From positions 9,176,001-9,240,000 of the forward strand of contig OZ024760.1 in assembly GCA_964016885.1 (NCBI GenBank): DNA of 64,000 nucleotides, in the 5' to 3' direction. The first letter of the stretch is position 1. Every line of letters starts with the position of its first letter. Below are positions 13,010 through 25,552 of this stretch, in pieces. The notes under the pieces were generated by a model. It saw only the letters and a program-made list of their open reading frames with translations. It made no database searches and was not told the DNA's origin. The DNA is from Eledone cirrhosa (taxonomy: Eukaryota). The position numbers were made by a program, and so were the translations under genes.

Positions 13010-13588
13010 CCATAAAGCATTCTATCCGACGTTTTAATGACTCTCAGGTGGCTAAGAGTACAAACATGTCATAGGGAAAGAGGTCAGCTCATGCAGGATC
13101 AAGGACTTTTGACCACCGCCACCACCACCATCACATCACCACCACCACCACTATCACTTCACCATCGCCACCACAACACTAGCACCATCACCTCACCAGA
13201 GGGGAGGATGGGGGGGGGGGCAGCGGCGGCGGGATAGAATGGATTATCTTGGAATGTTGAGTGGAACTAGAAATGGAGAGTTTGAGTGGAAGTGGAGTTT
13301 GAGTGAAACATCACCACCACTATCACTTCACCATCGCCACCACAACACTACCACCATCACCTCACCAGAGGGGAGGAGGGGGGGATAGAATGGATTATCT
13401 TGGAATGTTGAGTGGAACTAGAAATGGAGAGTTTGGGTGAACGATAATTGAGTGGAAGTGGAGTTTGAGTGAAAGATAATAGAGTGGAAGTGGAGTGAAA
13501 GATAATTGAGTGGGTAGTTGGAGTGAAGGTGTCAGGCTGTGAGAACCATAGCAACAGCTTCCCACAATGCTTTGCGAGGCCAAGCTTT

Positions 13589-13598
13589 AACATGGCGG
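13589..13598 (+). promoter_or_regulatory. YY1-like AACATGGCGG motif near the presumed TSS of the CEP350-like gene
   Basis: Matches the AANATGGCG motif common near housekeeping-gene TSSs; locally CpG-containing, non-repetitive sequence upstream of the first candidate exon. Confidence 0.4.
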
Positions 13599-13662
13599 TG
13601 AAATTTGTAAAGTGGAAACGTTAAGTTGTTTTTGAATTTATTGTCGACATTCGGCGTGTAGC

Positions 13663-13711
13663 ATGGAGCAGTCACTTTCTGCTGAATATGGCAGGGTTTT
13701 CCCTTTAGCAG
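13663..13711 (+). CDS. CEP350: Putative first coding exon of CEP350-like gene: MEQSLSAEYGRVFPLA
   Basis: ATG in gcATGg context, phase-1 donor G|GTATTT compatible with the downstream phase-1 exon chain; no sequence homology evidence. Confidence 0.5.
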
Positions 13712-14429
13712 GTATTTTCTTCAAGTTAATATCTATTTTTGTTGTTGTATATACTCTGTAAATTGATGTTCTACAGGTTGTTGTGATATCTATCGTAACT
13801 TAGATTCCTGTTTGTTTTCATAATTTTCTACTTTTCTTCGCCGCTGCTCAATTAATGTTTGTTTCTGATACGGATGTTGTTGGAAATGTCCTTTTAAATA
13901 TGGAATATCTTTTGTTTTCTTCATTTCTCACTGGAGCCAGTCGATAAAATAACCACCATTAATGTAGAGTTTAGTTTGGTTTCTTAATACATCTCTGATG
14001 TCGCCTCGAAAGACGAGCATTAGTGAAGAAAATATTGATAAATGTCTATTTAAACCACAAGAACTTACGTCAGCAAACAACTATATATATTTAAATGGGG
14101 AAACAATGTATTAATAATTAAAGACAACCGTTATAACAGCAACTGTGATTTAAATGCAGCTGTCAACAGTCGCTTCTTTTTGTCTTCGTTCCTTTTTTGC
14201 CTTTCATCCTTACGGGGTCGATAAAATAAAGTACCAGTAATACACTGGGAAATTTTTGGCCTTGTGCCTAAAGTAGAAACAATTATTTCCCACAGAGTAA
14301 ATACAGACAGAAATATCCTAAAAATCGATACTAGAACCGGATCAATATTCCCTTCTCCGAAACAAATGTCTTCTCCATTAATGTTCAAATCCCATTCTCT
14401 TATGAGGATAATGTGGGAAGTCGATAAAG

Positions 14430-15222
14430 TAGTACCAGTAATACAGTAGGGTAGATTTAATTGTTTATACTGGTACCAGTAATATGGTGAAGTACTAATA
14501 TCAGTAATACGGTGAGGTAGATTTGTTTATACTAGTACCAGTAATATGGTGGGGTAGATATAATTGTTTATATTAGTACCAGTAATATGGTGGGGTAGAT
14601 ATAATTGTTTATACTAGTACCAGTAATATGGCGGGGTAGATATAATTGTTTATACTAGTACCAGTTATATAGTGGGGTAGATTTAATTGTTTATACTAGT
14701 ACCAGTAATATGGTGGGGTAGTATAATTGTTTATACTAGTACCAGTAATACAGTGGGGTAGATTTAATTGTTTATACTAGTACCAGTGATATGGTGGGGT
14801 AGATATAATTGTTTATACTAGTACCAGTAATATGGTGGGGTAGATATAATTGTTTATATTAGTACCAGTAATACAGTGGGGTAGATTTAATTGTTTATAC
14901 TAGTACCAGTAATATGGTGGGGTAGATATAATTGTTTATACTAGTACCAGTAATACGGTATTGTTTATACTAGTACCAGTTATACAGTGGGTAGATTTAA
15001 TTGTTTATACTAGTACCGGTAATATGGTGGGGTAGCTATAATTGTTTATACTAGTACCAGTTATATGGTGGGGTAGGTTTAATTGTTTATACTAGTACCA
15101 GTAATATGGTGGGATATTAATACCAGTAATAGAGTGGGATACTAATACCAGCAATACGGTGGCGTAGATTTGTTTATACTAGTACCAGTTATACGGTAGG
15201 GTAGATCTAATTGTTTATACTA
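14430..15222. repeat. ~46-bp minisatellite derived from a SINE family 2 segment
   Basis: Unit TAGTACCAGTAATATGGTGGGGTAGATATAATTGTTTATAC-like; begins at GTCGATAAAGTAGTACCAG. Confidence 0.88.
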
Positions 15223-16439
15223 TTCTATATAGATGAGATTTTATTTGTCTTTATTTAATTGAGTCTGTGACAAGGTTTCGATTCTTACTTCTGCTAAATA
15301 CGTTGACAACCTAGTAATTAAGGAGTATCGAATGGTTAAAAGAAAAGGAATTATTTTAATAAACAAAATAAGTCTACCTCAAATGTTTTTTCCCCCCCAA
15401 TTTTAGATTTAAAAATAATATATTTCTCCCCTCACTCATTACAGAAACAAATTAAGACGTAGTTTGACATGACTAAATTGTTGTAAATAAATATATATAC
15501 ATATATATTAGGTCTGAACATGATGGAATCAAATTCACATTGTCTCCCTACCTCCGGCTCTCTCGCCCCCCCCCCCCCATCTCTCACTATAATAAGCAAA
15601 TGGGGGCCCGACTTAGGATGAAAAGAATTCGAGCTATGACCATCCCATCATTTTGTATATAAGCAGCTACAATGTGTTCTTACCATCTTTTTAAGATGAT
15701 GGGGTGTGATTTGATGGGGATTTTGGCTGCTATTTTTAGCAGGTCAAGTGATCATATAGAACAGAGGTTCTCAAATTATTTGGGGTCACCGTCCCCTCTC
15801 AGCCACGTAATACCCTCAGTGCCCTCAACCCCTATTTCCAGAGAGACCTACCTACACGCAAATTGTAAATAATATATAATAAATAAAATTGTTAATTTAT
15901 ATATAAATAGTATAATATATACTATGTATAATTAAATATTACATATTTTTTTATTTTACTATATTTATATATAATATGTATCATTTGATATTTAATATAC
16001 TATTGTATCATCTCTACTACCGCCCCCCCCCCCCCCCCCGGATGAAGATTAGGACTTTCATGAGGAAGGAAACTATGGAAGAGGAAGGAAGACCTAGGAT
16101 GTTATAGGCAGAAGTCGTGAAGGCTTGTTTCAAGATACTGGATTGCACAAAGGAGATGGTAAAGGAACTCAATAAGTGGCAAAACACTTTTTTTGAGTGG
16201 ACCTATCCAATCCTTGCATGGAAAGATGATAGCTGTCACTTGTAATATTGGTATTATGTACTGTGCATTCATGAGCAGACACAGATACACTCTGTCCCTT
16301 GATCTGGTGGAACAGCCAAGATTTGACAGAGAGAGGGGGCTGCATCAGCACTGGGCTGGGACTTCATTTACCAACTTTAGAAAAATGAAAGGTTAAATGG
16401 ATCTCAGCAGGATTTGAACTCTGAATAAATAGCTAACAA

Positions 16440-16905
16440 TGAAGTGTTGACACACTTGGGTGAATTGTGTCAGTGATCAGGTCTCTATTGACGGTCTGAT
16501 GAAGTGTTGACAAACCTGGAGGAATTGTGTCAGTGACCAGGTCTCTATTGACAGTCTGATGGAGTGTTGACAAACCTGGAGGAATTGTGTCAGTGACCAG
16601 GTCTCTATTGACAGTCTGATGAAGTGTTGACAAACCTGGGTAAATTGTGTCAGTGATCAGGTCTCTATTGACGGTCTGATGGAGTGCTGACAAACCTGGG
16701 TGAATTGTGTCAGTGACCAGGTCTCTATTGACGGTCTGATGGAGTGTTGACAAACCTGGGTGAATTGAGTCAGTGACCAGGTCTTTATTGACAGTCTGAT
16801 GGAGTGTTGACAAACCTGGGTGAATTGTGTCAGTGATCAGGTCTCTATTGACGGTCTGATGAAGTGTTGACAAACCTGGGTAAATTGTGTCAGTGACCAG
16901 GTCTC
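16440..16905. repeat. 60-bp minisatellite (resumes at 17337-17370 after CR1 insertion)
   Basis: Units visible in register on consecutive 60-nt lines. Confidence 0.95.
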
Positions 16906-17337
16906 TACCATACTCTGAGCGCCTTGCTTCCCTGGGCATGGATTCATTGAAGCTCCGACGCCTGGCAACTGACTTGGTAAACACCCACAAAATTGTTAAC
17001 CATGTTGCCAACAACAACCCTGAGTGCCTTTTCGATTTCCATGTGTCTAACACACGTGGACATGCCCACAAAGTAAGAAAACAGCACAGTTCCCATGACT
17101 TTCGGAAACATTTTTTCACGCTCAGAGTTGCTGAAGCATGGAACAAACTACCTGCATCAGTTGTTGGCTGTCGAGACACTGCATCCTTTAAGGCCTCCAT
17201 GCTTCCCGAGATCTGCCAACACTACAGCTAACACATACAAACATGTACTTCCCTGGCATTTGTGTATTATTCTATGTACTATATTGACGAGTTGTAGTGC
17301 ACCTGAGTACTTTACACAATAATTTCATTATTATTAT
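16895..17337 (+). mobile_element. CR1-clade LINE 3' fragment inserted in a 60-bp minisatellite
   Basis: LPYSERL..LG..SL..RR...DL, TRGH, FFTLRV...WNKLP motifs; (ATT)n tail. Confidence 0.85.
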
Positions 17338-17480
17338 TGACAGTCTGATGGAGTGTTGACAAACCTGGGTCTGACAAACATTTTTGACATCAGGAAATAA
17401 ATGATAAATGTAAAATGAATTTAACATATTTTTTTGTTTCAGTTCTTTTATGTTGTAGAATGGGATTTTAGTTTCAACAG

Positions 17481-17636
17481 ATGATCTCAAATCAAGTCAT
17501 TTGTCAAACAAATACAACTCCAACTCCATAACTTGTCAAAGACTGGATATAAAAGTAGCTTTGACCAATTCTCTTCAACCTGGGTTCAGAAAAACCAAAA
17601 GAATTTACTCAAATATTTTTAGAGTTCATGAAAAAG
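17481..17636 (+). CDS. CEP350: Putative CEP350-like exon: DLKSSHLSNKYNSNSITCQRLDIKVALTNSLQPGFRKTKRIYSNIFRVHEK
   Basis: TTTCAACAG acceptor, 156 nt open in phase 1/1; donor GTGTTA is weak. Confidence 0.45.
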
Positions 17637-19257
17637 GTGTTACTACAGGGTTTGTCAGTAAAGTTTGACAGATCCGGAGGACATTCTGATGTTTCTATAG
17701 GGTTTGACAGAACTGGAGTTTCTATAGGGTTTATCAGATCTTGAGGACACTCTGGAGTTACTATAGGTCTTGTCAGATCTGGAGAACACTTTATATTTAC
17801 TACAGGGTTTGACAGATCTGATGTTTCTACAGGGTTTGTCAGATCTTGAGACTGGAGTTACTACAGGTCTTGACAGATCTGGAGTTACTAGAGAGTTTGA
17901 TAGATCTGGAGTTTCTACAGGGTTTGACAGATCTGGAGGACACTGGAGTTTCTACAGGGTTTGTCAGATCTGGAAGACACTTTGGGGTTACTACTTTAAC
18001 ATCTTATTCTCTTTTCAAATGTTTTTTGTTTTTTTATAAAGGAAAATTAAAAATAAATGTTTACATATATATTCTTTGTAAAATCAAGTTTAAGGATTCT
18101 TTAGAAATCTCCCAGTAATATTTGGGGTTTGTTTAAAACCATTGCTCTAGGCTCTATTTACTCTCTCACCACACATCTGTCTCAGCCATCCCACTGCCTC
18201 CTCCTCTAACTCTGATATTTTATTAAGGAGTGGGTTGTGTGTTGCTGTTGTTGATAACTACTCTCTGTAGTTAAGTCAACAGGAAATACTAAAGTACATT
18301 CTTTAACATCTTATTAACCTCAGATTCTAATACATTAGAAAAAGTATATTATATATATATATATAATATAATTGTTTCTACTTTAGGCACAAGGCCAGCA
18401 ATTACCCAGTGCATTACTGGTACTTTATTTTATCGACCCCGTAAGGATGAAAGGTAAAGTCAACCTCGGCGGGATTTGAACTCAGATCGTAAAGGGACGT
18501 AACTATGCTGGAAAGCATGGCGTCCGACCCTCTACCGATACTGCCAATCCACCGCCGCCCATATATATATAATATAATATAATATATATATCATCATCAT
18601 TTAACATATCAAAGGTCGGACAGCTCTTCACAGACTAAGTCAGTACTGAAGCAGGGCTACTAATCTCCCTGTCAGGCAAGGGGTTTACATCTTGCTTACA
18701 CATGGTTCCACATTCTACTGAATGCATTCTACTGTAACACCAGCACAAGAGAAGTTGTCATGTTTTGATACAACTGAGGGACAAGTGGTCGTGTAGGTGT
18801 CACAACAAAAAGCACCCAGTACACATTGTAAATGTGGTTGGCGTTAGGAACGGCATCCAGCTGTAGAAACCAACCCCAAATCAGTTCTGTATGAGCAAGA
18901 CACGGTCATCTGATCTGCCTTGTCTCACAACAGGATAACTCGTCTAACCCATGCTACTGTGGAAAAATGGACGTTAAATGTGATGCTGATGATGATATAT
19001 AATATAGTAGTTATAATAAATACAAAGACCAAAATCCAGAGAGGACTCGATAAGGGTTGTGTGTGTATATATATATACACACACACATCCATAGAGCAAA
19101 TATATATTATTAGCACAGATTAAAAGTTTAAGCAAACAATTTTTGCTTTCACCTTAAAGCAGTATCTTATGAAACTGGGATATATCAATCTGTGGATGCA
19201 GATGTAAATGTTTTGAAAACATTACGAGCAAATAATCTTTAAAAAAAAGGCACTTGT

Positions 19258-19497
19258 AATAGGGGGAAATGTATGCAAAGAGAGTGAAAGATCTATTCAT
19301 GTGTGAAGTGTGAAGAACAAATTATTGCTATGAAAATATCAAGAGGCTAATTTGCTTTTTAAATTAGCTGAATATTTAATAGGGGGAAATGTATGCAAAG
19401 AGAGTGAAAGATCTATTCATGTGTGAAGTGTGAAGAACAAATTATTGCTATGAAAATATCAAGAGGCTAATTTGCTTTTTAAATTAGCTGAATATTT
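19258..19497. repeat. Exact 120-bp tandem duplication
   Basis: Lines 19261-19377 and 19381-19497 are identical. Confidence 0.93.
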
Positions 19498-19897
19498 CCC
19501 TGCTACCATGTATGGAAAAATTGTAAGTAGAAGTAATGTGATTAAATGTTAAGATACTGAAGGTATTAATAAGGCTGGTAAAAATAGTGATATTAATAAT
19601 ATAATAATAATAATAATAAGTCAATAATGAGTAAGGTAAATATTTTTGAAGGCTTACAAATATGTGTGTGCACATAAACAAAATATAGAATATGAAAAAA
19701 TATATATAAAAATCTGAATATAATGTTTGGTTGTTCTTAATTACCACATCATGGCATATATCATCTGTATATTTTTGAGGTGTAGTCTTGTACTGCCCAT
19801 TAGGATACAAAAATTACTGTCCATTAGGATACAAAAATTAGGTATCTTTTGTCTATTTGCTCTTCACACTTATAATTTTATATAGCTTCGATTAATT

Positions 19898-20530
19898 CAT
19901 CATCATCATCATTTTACGCCTGCTTTTCCTTGCTTGCAAGGGTGGGATGGGTCCTTTACAGCACAACATCTCTCCATTCGTCACGATTCTTCGTCATCCC
20001 CTCTGTGAGCTTCAGTGATCTCACCACCTTCACCCATGATTTTTGTGGTCTTCCTCTACTGCATCTTCCTTCCACTGGGATTTCTTGGCACTTCTTTACC
20101 CAGTAGCCTTCATGCGCATCACATGTCCATACCAACGCAGTCTTCTCTCCCACACACTACAGTTTATCCCTCTTATACACAGTTTTTCTCTCAACTTGTC
20201 CAAGCTTGGTCGTTCACGCACATTGACATTGCACATCCATCGGAGCATGCTTGCTTCATTTCTCTCCAGCCTTCACATATCCTCCGCAGTTGCTGCCCAT
20301 GTCTCAATACCATGCAGCATCGCGCATCTCACACAGGCATCATGTAACCGGCCTTTCGTTCGTAGGGAGAAACCCTTCTTTGTCAAAAGAGGAAGCAGCT
20401 CCCTAAACTTCTTCCGTCCTGTCCTTATTCTAGATACTATGGCTTCAGAGCATCCTCCTCCCTTGCTAATCTGATCACCTAGGTACTGGAAGCTATCAAC
20501 CACCTCTATAGATCCTACCTGCATTTGGAA
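19898..20530 (-). mobile_element. 3' fragment of a second RTE family (short 3' UTR ending CCCACCCTTGCAAGCA...)
   Basis: Translates VDSFQYLGD...KGRLHDACVRCAMLHG; (GAT)n tail at the left end. Confidence 0.88.
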
Positions 20531-20873
20531 AATATGTCTATCAAAAGTAGAAACAATTATTCTATGTACTATACATGCCCCTTTGATGTGTTATAATGCA
20601 CCTGAGCACTGTACACAATAATTTCATTATTATTATTATAAGACCCATTTTTTAGCCTTAATATAAATGAATATTACTTTGGTATTAAGTACTCCTTTTC
20701 TCAGCTGTCAACTACATATGGATATATATATATATATATATATGATGTGTTGTTTGCTTGAGCAAGACACTTTATTTCACATTGCTCCAGTTTACTCAGC
20801 TGTAGAAATGAGATGATAGGACTGGGGTCCCTATCATTCCACTGTAAAGTGGTTGTGAGGTTGGTGTTAGGAA

Positions 20874-23598
20874 GATTTTATCCTCATCAGAGGACGTGAC
20901 AGATGGACGGTCGTAAACACAAAAGCCTTCCCTAGTGAGGAATGTACATCCCAACATAGCTTAGTTGTCAGCGACCTCACGGTCAGAACTAGACGAGCCC
21001 TGAAACAGAGGCCAACCTGGAGAAGAAAGATCTGGAAGCTGAAAGTCCCCTCAACCAGTAACAGATTTAAAGATATTTTACTCAACGCCTACGACAGTAA
21101 AGAAGAACAGATAGAGACATTTAACGTAGAAGAGAACTGGGAGTTCCTAAAAAATAACTTACTAGAGGCGACGGATGAGGTTTGTGGCTGGAGTAAGACC
21201 TCAAGCAGGAGGAGAGTGACTTGGTGGTGGAACAATAAGGTAGATGAAGCAGTCAAGGCCAAGAGACAGGCATGGAAAGAATGGAAGAACGGGGGGAGCA
21301 GGGTACATTACATAGAGACCAAGAGGGAAGCTAGGCGACAAGTATACTTAGCTAGGAGGGAAGCAGAGGATAGAAAATTCAAGCATGTTTTACAACGTGA
21401 GGACCAGAAACAGGAGGTATTCAAGATTGCGAGGCAGTGTGTCAGAGATAGTTGTGATGTCATTGGAGAGAAGTGTATCCGGAATGATAAAGGTGAGCTT
21501 GCCCTCACAAGTGCTGAGAAGAAAGATGCATGGAAGAGTCATTATGATAGATTACTAAATGAGGAGAATGCATGGGAAGAAGAGACCCTACCCCACGTAG
21601 ACCCTATAGAGGGACCAGCAGTACAAGTCAGCGGCAGCGTAGTAAGTAAGGCAATCAGAGATATGAAGATAGGGAAGGCAACCGGTCCATCGGGTATAGC
21701 TGCCGAGATGCTGAAGGCATCTGGGTCTGTAGGTCACACTATAACCACACGTATCGTTAACCAGGTAATACTAGAGGGGGCCATACCAAAAGATTGGTGC
21801 AGTAGCATCATTGTCAACTGCTACAAAGGTAAAGGCGATGCACTAGATAGAGGAAACTATAGAGGTATAAAGTTGATGGACCAGGTCATGAAAGTAACAG
21901 AAAGAGTTATAGCACAGCTGATTAGGGACCGGGTGAATATAGACGAGATGCAATTTGGGTTTGTACCAGGGAAAGGCACCACTGATGCGCTCTTCCTTGT
22001 GAGGCAATTACAGGAAAAGTACCTAGCTAAAAGTAAGCCACTCTACTTGGCATTTGTCGACCTTGAGAAAGCCTTTGACAGAGTTCCACGTGCAGTAATC
22101 TGGTGGGCTCTTAGAAAACTAGGAGTAGATGAATGGCTTGTGAAAGCGGTACAAGCCATGTATAGGGGAGCAGTCAGCAAAGTTAGGATTGGCAATGAGT
22201 ATAGCGAGGAATTTAGCGTACAGGTTGGGGTCCACCAGGGCTCTGTTCTTAGCCCTCTCCTGTTCATCATAGTCCTGCAGGCAATAACGGAGGAGTTTAA
22301 GACCGGATGCCCATGGGAACTCCTGTATGCTGATGACCTCGCACTCATAGCTGAATCTATGGTAGAACTAGAGAATAAATTCCAAACCTGGAAGCAGGGA
22401 CTAGAGAGAAAGGGCCTCAAAGTCAACATGACAAAGACTAAGGTCCTTATAAGTAGACGAGAAAACAGAACCCAGACCCCCTCAGGGAAATGGCCTTGCT
22501 CAGTATGTAGGAAAGGTGTAGGTAGGAACTCCATTCTTTGCCCCAAATGCAAACAATGGGTACACAAGAGATGTAGCGGGATCTCAGGAAGCTTAATTAA
22601 GAATGTAGGATTCACATGCAGCAGCTGTGCTGAAACAGCAAGCAAACAGCCACAGGAAACAAGTACCACCAATCTCTGGGAGGGCCCTGTAGAAACAGTA
22701 GACAGCTTCTGCTACCTAGGTGACCGAATTAGCAACGGAGGTGGGTGCTCAGAAAGTACAATAACTAGGGTAAGAACGGGATGGAAGAAGTTTAGGGAAC
22801 TACTACCACTGCTAGCTGCAAAAGGCTTCTCCCTCAGAATGAAAGGCAGACTGTATGATGCGTGTATCCGAACAGCGATGTTGCATGGTAGTGAGACCTG
22901 GGCGCTGAAGGTGGAAGACTTACGTAGATTAGAGAGAAACGAAGCCTGCATGCTCCGATGGATGTGTAACAGTAATACACGTGAACGACAAAGCATAAAT
23001 GAATTGAGAGAGAGACTGAGCATAAGAGGAATCAAATGCTGCGTGCAGGAGAGGCGGTTACGCTGGTATGGACATGTGATGCGTATGAAGGATGACAGCT
23101 GCATAAAAAGGTGCAGAGCACTAGAAGTTGATGGAAACCGCGGAGTGGGGAGACCCAAGATGACTTGGGATGAGGTGATAAAAGCCGACCTTACCCAACT
23201 ACACCTCTCAAAGTCAATGACACACGACCGTGACTTCTGGCGTCACGCAGTAATACAGGGTACCCGACCTCCCATGGGTACATGCTGAAGCATATAAACA
23301 ATATGCCCCCCGCCCCCCCCACCCCACCGCAAGGTGGTCGTGGAGGTGCCACGGCAAAAAGCACCCAGCCCACACTGTAAAGTGGACGTGTAGGCGCCAC
23401 GAAAAAGCACCCAGCACTCACTGTAAATGAGGTTGGTGTTAGGAAGGGCATCCAGCTGTAGAAATCAAGCCAGATCAGTTCCTGTATGAGCAAGGCATGG
23501 TCAGCCGACCAGACACTGCCCACAACAGGACAACCCGTCTAACCCATGCTAGCGTGGAAGAACGGACGTAAAACGGTGATGATGATGATGATGATGAT
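20874..23598 (+). mobile_element. 5'-truncated RTE-clade LINE with uninterrupted ORF (C-terminal APE endonuclease remnant, RT, PHD-like finger), 3' UTR and (GAT)n tail
   Basis: Frame open from 20874 (DFILIR...SQHSLVV) to 23288; RT motifs NYRGIKL, QFGF, AFVDLEKAFD, GVHQGSVLSPLLF, LYADD, YLG; RTE-type RRLRWYGHV and GRP C-terminus. Confidence 0.95.
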
Positions 23599-23943
23599 CC
23601 AGCTGTAGAAATCGAGCCAGAATCAGTTCCCGTCCCACCCTTGCAAGCAGGGAAAAGCAGACGTAAAATGATGATGATCATGATATTTGCTATTATGTGG
23701 ATAGGCAACTGGTAGAACTGGTCCCTTTAATAATAATAATAATACTAATAATGGTTTCTGATTTAGGCATAAGGCCAACAATTTTGGAGAGGTGGGGGAG
23801 AAGGGGAGACAGAAAAAAAATCAGAAAACATCATTCAAAGGGAGGTAATTTACATTATATGTCATGTCGACACAGACACACACACACACACATATCATCA
23901 TCATCATCATCTTTGTTTAACGTCTATCTTCCACGCTAGCATG

Positions 23944-24005
<62 letters not shown>

Positions 24006-24091
24006 TATGCATATTGACAGAGTACCCCCCAAAAATGTATACACAATTTAACCAGAATGCTTTTGAAGTGTGTCTACAATTTTTAGGACAT

Positions 24092-24131
<40 letters not shown>

Positions 24132-24268
24132 AGAACGAGGAATCAGTACTGCATCAAATCACAATTTATTAACATATTACATATGTTTCTGCGTTGATCA
24201 GCTCGGGGCAGGATCTGTTACATTACAGATCGAACCCAACTCTGCATATATATATATATATATATATT

Positions 24269-24529
24269 TAGTTATGTAATAAACAACATAAGGCAATTAT
24301 TCCATTTACCAGTGGTTTCTTAAAAGCAAAAGATTTTGCTTTCAATCCTCAGAATGAAAAAATGGTGGTCTGTTTATTGAATTTGGATTTTTTTTGAAAA
24401 AAATAAAAAATCCAAATTCAATAAACAGACCAGCATTTTTTCATTCTGAGGATTGAAAGCAAAATCTTTTGCTTTTAAGAAACCACTGGTAAATGGAATA
24501 ATTGCCTTATGTTGTTTATTACATAACTA
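24269..24529. repeat. Near-perfect inverted repeat, ~125-bp arms; single arm also at 46925-47045
   Basis: Direct reverse-complement reading of the arms. Confidence 0.92.
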
Positions 24530-25552
24530 TTAAGCTCTGTTACCTACATAGAGCACTCTTTTTTCCTGGACTTTTCCGACGGAATTACTTCATATATATA
24601 TATATATATATATATATACATGCATGCTTGCAGTATACATCCATTGAAGCCTCACTGTAAAGTGACCGTATTGGCGACACAACAAAAAGCACCCAGCCCA
24701 CATTATAAAGTCATTTTGTAGGTGTCACGGCAAAAAACACCCAGTACTCACTGCAAATGAGGTTGGCATCCAGCTGTAGAAACCAAGCCCAAATCAGTTC
24801 TGTATGAGCAAGACATGGTTACCTGACCTGGCATTGCTCACAACAGGATAACTCGTCTAACCCATGCCAGCGTGGAAAAATGGACGTTAAACAGCGATGA
24901 TGATATAAATATATATATATGTATATATATCAGTTGTTATGAAAATAGCTTATAAAAATTGGGTAAAGCCTTTCTCTTTTGCTCTCCGTCTGTCTGTGTC
25001 TCTCTTTAGAGAGCTTCCTCACACTCTCTCTCACTCTCTCTCTTGCTCTGTCTCCATCCCTTTAGACAGCTTTCTCTCTCTTTCGCCCTCTCTTTCTTGC
25101 CATGTCTCTCACTTTTGTCCTCTTTTTTTGCCCTGTCTCTCTCTTGCTATGTCTCTCTTTCTCTTTCTCTTTTGTTCTCTCTCTCTCTCTCACTGTTTCC
25201 TTCCCCCTCTTTTACCTCTCTTTCTCTTTAAAAATCTTATACTTCATCTCTCTCTCTCTCTCACTCACTCATTTCTTATTTCTCGCCCTCTATACCCCAC
25301 CCTGGCTCAATCAGAAAGGGCTTATGAATTATAGCTCACATATTTTTATAACTAATCTTGTTAACTAATCAATGAGAGGGGCTAAACAGACCCCTCCACC
25401 CCACCTCACCCTACCCACCCCATTCTAGTTTGCCTTTATAATTCTGCCTACAGGTTTAAACTTGTATTGGAATATTTTCAGTTTCTACCTCTTTAGAAGT
25501 GAAATTCCACCAGTATGGGAGAGGGGGTGGGGAATATTATTATGGAATTACA

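Noticed and set aside
19100-19880. Possible decayed DNA-transposon coding remnant (CGCRCKCFENI)
   Set aside because: Too short and interrupted by stops; no TIRs identified.
24939-25368. Leu/Ser-rich ORFs (also 28594-29104, 40900-41955)
   Set aside because: Translations of (CT)n low-complexity tracts.
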